In this document: one piece after another, positions 61,278 to 64,000 of the stretch
Position numbering within the stretch: the stretch's first letter is position 1
Layout: each line of letters starts with the position of its first letter
Assembly: GCA_000004985.1 (NCBI GenBank)
Contig: GG738893.1
Length of the DNA: 64,000 bases
From: Naegleria gruberi
Lineage: Eukaryota
Reading direction: 5' to 3' (one strand)
Translations under genes and position numbers: made by a program
Notes under the pieces: model-generated
Databases searched by the model: none
Told to the model about the DNA's origin: nothing
What the model saw: the letters and a program-made list of their open reading frames with translations, nothing else

Positions 61278-62873
61278 TCAAATCTGTGAAATAGTACTTT
61301 GAGCCACATAAGTCTCTTTAAGAAAATTCTGGATTTTCTTCGATTTTTGTTTCAATCTTGTGAACACCTCTGTCAGAGTCAACAGTGTCTCACAAATCAC
61401 CTGATCAAACAAGTTTTTTGGTGGACAATGATCAATACTACTCTTTTCACTGGCATACAATTTTGCCAAAATATCATTTCTCTTTGTAGGAAGTGAAGGA
61501 ACATTCAACTCATTGAGAGCACCCTCACTGAGATAGTTTCCAACAATTTTCTTTGCTGAATTGGTAATCCTTTCTCTGTGTCTGGTCACAATATTAGTTT
61601 TGAGCAATTCATTCTCCTCTTTGTAATTGTAATAGCTCTGAACTTGTCTTTTGAAAGATTGAACATCCTTGTAGAATAGAACACCTTCTGGACAATAGGA
61701 TCTCCTTGAAAATTCCAATAAGAGTTTACACATCTCATCATTATTCAGGACAAGTTCAATTTCACTCTCGAAAAGATTTTCTCCCTCAACAGAATCGTCT
61801 AAAATTGCCCTAATTACAGGAATTAGAACTGAAACAATTATTTCCACAAATCCTCCAATCATGACTGAATAACTATAAGGAATGATATGAGTCAAGACTT
61901 GAGTTTCAAATACCTGAGAGCAAACAAAATAAACTATTGTGAGTAAACTCCTCAAAATTGCCAACAGAATAGTTTCAACCTTAATAGAAAAAGTATCTCG
62001 ATCAGATCTTAACGAAATCAACACAATCAGCACATCAATAGCAGAATAGAAAAACATTAAACTCGTCAATATGATACTCGGTAAATTAGTGATATAACAT
62101 CCACTCACACTGAAAATACTTCCAGTTTTCATAAAGAAACGATTCGAAGCATAAAAATTGTCCTCCACAATTCCAACCAGAAACCAAACTACAATGTGAA
62201 TCAATAAAACAAGTCCATAAATTCCAATAGAAAACCATAAACTTTCCATTTTCTGATTCCACCAAATTAATCGTTGCAGAATTCGTTCATTCCAACCACT
62301 ACACAGCACTGATTCATCACTTTCAGTTTTTCTCGAATCGATTGACATTCTGCTAACATCACTTCGAATTACAAACTTTTTTCGAAAATTAATTAGATAG
62401 TTCATGTAATGTTTCCATCCTCTCACAATTGAGGGCAAATTAATACAAGGACCCAACATGAAAAACAACAAGGAATATAAGAAACAAGGAAATAAACTCC
62501 TTCCCACAACAAATCTCAAAGCACTCACGACATTGAAATAGAAATTTGTGCCCAACAATAATAAACACAATGTAAATGACCTAGCTCTGATATGAGAGGA
62601 TTTTCTCTTCCATATTAATCCAATGAGAGTAATGCAGAATATGGAAATATAACAGAATAGATAAACTCCAGAAAATATTGGCATGACAATGGTATCAGGG
62701 CATTCCATGTTTAAAGTATTATTCGAATCTGATTGATACCTCAAATTAATGGGAAACCATGAAGGACACTCTGAGTACGATAAGGATGTCCCATTGAGGT
62801 TGCTTTCCGTAATATTTTCATTTATGTTGTCAATAATTGAAAGCACAAGAAACTCTTCAATTGTTTGTTGCAT
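61278..62873 (-). CDS. seven-transmembrane RGS protein (GPCR-like N-terminus + C-terminal RGS domain)
   Basis: Seven hydrophobic helices in the first ~360 aa. The RGS-domain signature follows: FESEIELVLNNDEMCKLLLEFSRRSYCPEGVLFYKDVQSFK ... AKKIVGNYLSEGALNELNVPS. True ATG at 62871..62873. Confidence 0.7.
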   Translation of the reverse strand: MQQTIEEFLVLSIIDNINENITESNLNGTSLSYSECPSWFPINLRYQSDSNNTLNMECPDTIVMPIFSGVYLFCYISIFCITLIGLIWKRKSSHIRARSFTLCLLLLGTNFYFNVVSALRFVVGRSLFPCFLYSLLFFMLGPCINLPSIVRGWKHYMNYLINFRKKFVIRSDVSRMSIDSRKTESDESVLCSGWNERILQRLIWWNQKMESLWFSIGIYGLVLLIHIVVWFLVGIVEDNFYASNRFFMKTGSIFSVSGCYITNLPSIILTSLMFFYSAIDVLIVLISLRSDRDTFSIKVETILLAILRSLLTIVYFVCSQVFETQVLTHIIPYSYSVMIGGFVEIIVSVLIPVIRAILDDSVEGENLFESEIELVLNNDEMCKLLLEFSRRSYCPEGVLFYKDVQSFKRQVQSYYNYKEENELLKTNIVTRHRERITNSAKKIVGNYLSEGALNELNVPSLPTKRNDILAKLYASEKSSIDHCPPKNLFDQVICETLLTLTEVFTRLKQKSKKIQNFLKETYVAQSTISQI

Positions 62874-63535
62874 TCTTTTTGTTTTGAAGAGATAATAATC
62901 AAAGAAAATGATTGAGCATGATTGTTGTTTATTGATCCGAAAGTGACCAAAGAATAAAGTGGATTGGTTCTGATGGATTACGGCAATAATATTCTTATTC
63001 GAGAAAATTACGAACCGCTCAAACAGTTCTCAAAAATCTGTGTTAGATTGCAGTAATGGAAGAATAAGAAAGACCTTTGGTTTGGTGCATGTTCTCTAGG
63101 CAGTGACTCTCTCAATTTATTGAGAGCATTTGAATCAGAACACTTATTAAATTTCTTGTGTTCATCTTCGATATGAACGAAGAACTGGCTTCCTTCTTTT
63201 CTTTTGTCATCTCATCTCGTAACAGACACAGACCACCTTAGAGTGTTTGGAATAGGGAAGTGTTTCAGATTAGTTTGTTAGAAATTTCAAATGCAACATG
63301 GTAAGATAACCTACCCCCTAATTACTACGCTAAAGATGACAGAGGAACTCATTACAAAGTGTTGTTAACCAACACCTATTTATTATCTAGTTTCAAATAT
63401 TTGGTAGTTGGAACACGTAAACAATTTACATCATTATTTGTTAAACCAGAGAGAACAAGCCTTTGCACACGGAAAATGAAAAATAAAATTAGATTTTGAT
63501 CAAGTTCAACCTACAAGCAAAAATCATTGATGGCC

Positions 63536-63543
63536 TATAAATA
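63536..63543 (+). promoter_or_regulatory. TATA box (TATAAATA) about 70 bp upstream of the CDC48 ATG
   Basis: ggccTATAAATAcactacg. It is the only canonical TATAAATA near this start. Confidence 0.4.
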
Positions 63544-63611
63544 CACTACGCAGAGACACATCATCTTAAAAAAAATAAATCAAATAACACCATCACAACT
63601 ACTTGTATAAA

Positions 63612-64000
63612 ATGTCTGACGAACAAGAACCAACAACTCCATCAACTAAGAGAGCCTTGGAAAGAAAGAAGCAACACGAAGAATTGTTAGCTAAGGTCAA
63701 GTCTCAAAAGGAAAAGAATAGATTGATCGTTGATGAAGCCACCCAAGATGATAACAGTATTGTAGGTGTTCACCCTGACACAATGGAAGCTCTCGAATTA
63801 TTTAGAGGTGATACTGTTAGAATTGTTGGTAAGAAACACAAGGATACTATTGCTATTGTTTTATCTGATGAAGAATGTGAAAGAGGTAAAATCAAGATGA
63901 ACAAGGTCATGAGAAAGAACTTGCGTATTAGACTTGGTGATGTTATCATCCTCAAGCAATGTGCAGATGTAAAATATGGTAAAAGAGTTCACGTCCTTCC
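63612..64000 (+). CDS. CDC48: CDC48/p97 (VCP) AAA-ATPase, N-terminal part; gene continues beyond the window end
   Basis: [95 protein letters not shown] is collinear with the human VCP N-domain. Confidence 0.85.
   Translation, partial: MSDEQEPTTPSTKRALERKKQHEELLAKVKSQKEKNRLIVDEATQDDNSIVGVHPDTMEALELFRGDTVRIVGKKHKDTIAIVLSDEECERGKIKMNKVMRKNLRIRLGDVIILKQCADVKYGKRVHVL

Noticed and set aside
1-64000. Dictyostelid (social amoeba) origin, suggested by AT-richness, poly-N/S/T proteins and GTAAGT mini-introns
   Set aside because: The presence of an intact EFHC1/Rib72 DM10-domain gene and WDR11 implies axoneme-building capacity, which dictyostelids lack. There are also two G-beta genes, whereas D. discoideum has one. 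Taxonomic assignment is left open.
1-64000. Prokaryotic-style features (CRISPR arrays, operons, Shine-Dalgarno sites, phage or IS elements)
   Set aside because: None present. Every multi-domain gene shows eukaryotic homology, spliceosomal introns and eukaryotic pol III genes. No direct-repeat/spacer arrays or transposase or integrase ORFs were found.

Overview
This is eukaryotic nuclear DNA, not prokaryotic. It is AT-rich (roughly one-third GC by eye) and very compact, with about 40 protein-coding genes in 64 kb and many intergenic spacers under 400 bp. Spliceosomal introns are tiny (39-170 nt, GTAAGT/GTATGT/GTTTGT ... (Y)AG), and most start codons sit behind an A-run (aaaaATG). Many ORFs in the supplied track begin with TTG/GTG shown as M, so true ATG starts were re-derived where possible. 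Genes recognisable from conserved motifs: two paralogous G-protein beta subunits (2370..3711, 34858..36169), an EFHC1/Rib72-like ciliary protein, WDR11, actin, phosphatidylinositol 4-kinase beta, COP9 signalosome subunit 1, EFL1/Ria1 GTPase, CDC48/p97 (partial), a monoamine-oxidase-like flavoprotein with a C-terminal SKL, a Nudix hydrolase, a 7TM-RGS protein, a Ras-like GTPase, an EF-Tu-like pseudo-GTPase, and several F-box, kelch, NHL, ankyrin, R3H and secreted beta-helix proteins. RNA polymerase III genes are a tRNA-Lys(CTT) plus a degenerate tandem copy, and a solitary 5S rRNA. There are two N-gaps (6451..6500, 19017..19066). The low-complexity Asn/Ser/Thr proteins and intron style look dictyostelid/amoebozoan-like, but cilium-specific genes (EFHC1/Rib72, WDR11) show the organism can build an axoneme, so a flagellate-capable protist is more likely. 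Points worth a second look: a clean ~245-bp gene-conversion tract between the two G-beta paralogs; a G-protein signalling cluster (two G-beta genes plus a 7TM-RGS); single in-frame stops inside actin and before the Ras-like GTPase exon; a frame change splitting a large P-loop NTPase gene; a serpin pseudogene relic; a tRNA-Lys-associated tandem duplication next to a gap; and a decayed duplicate of a gene 3' end.
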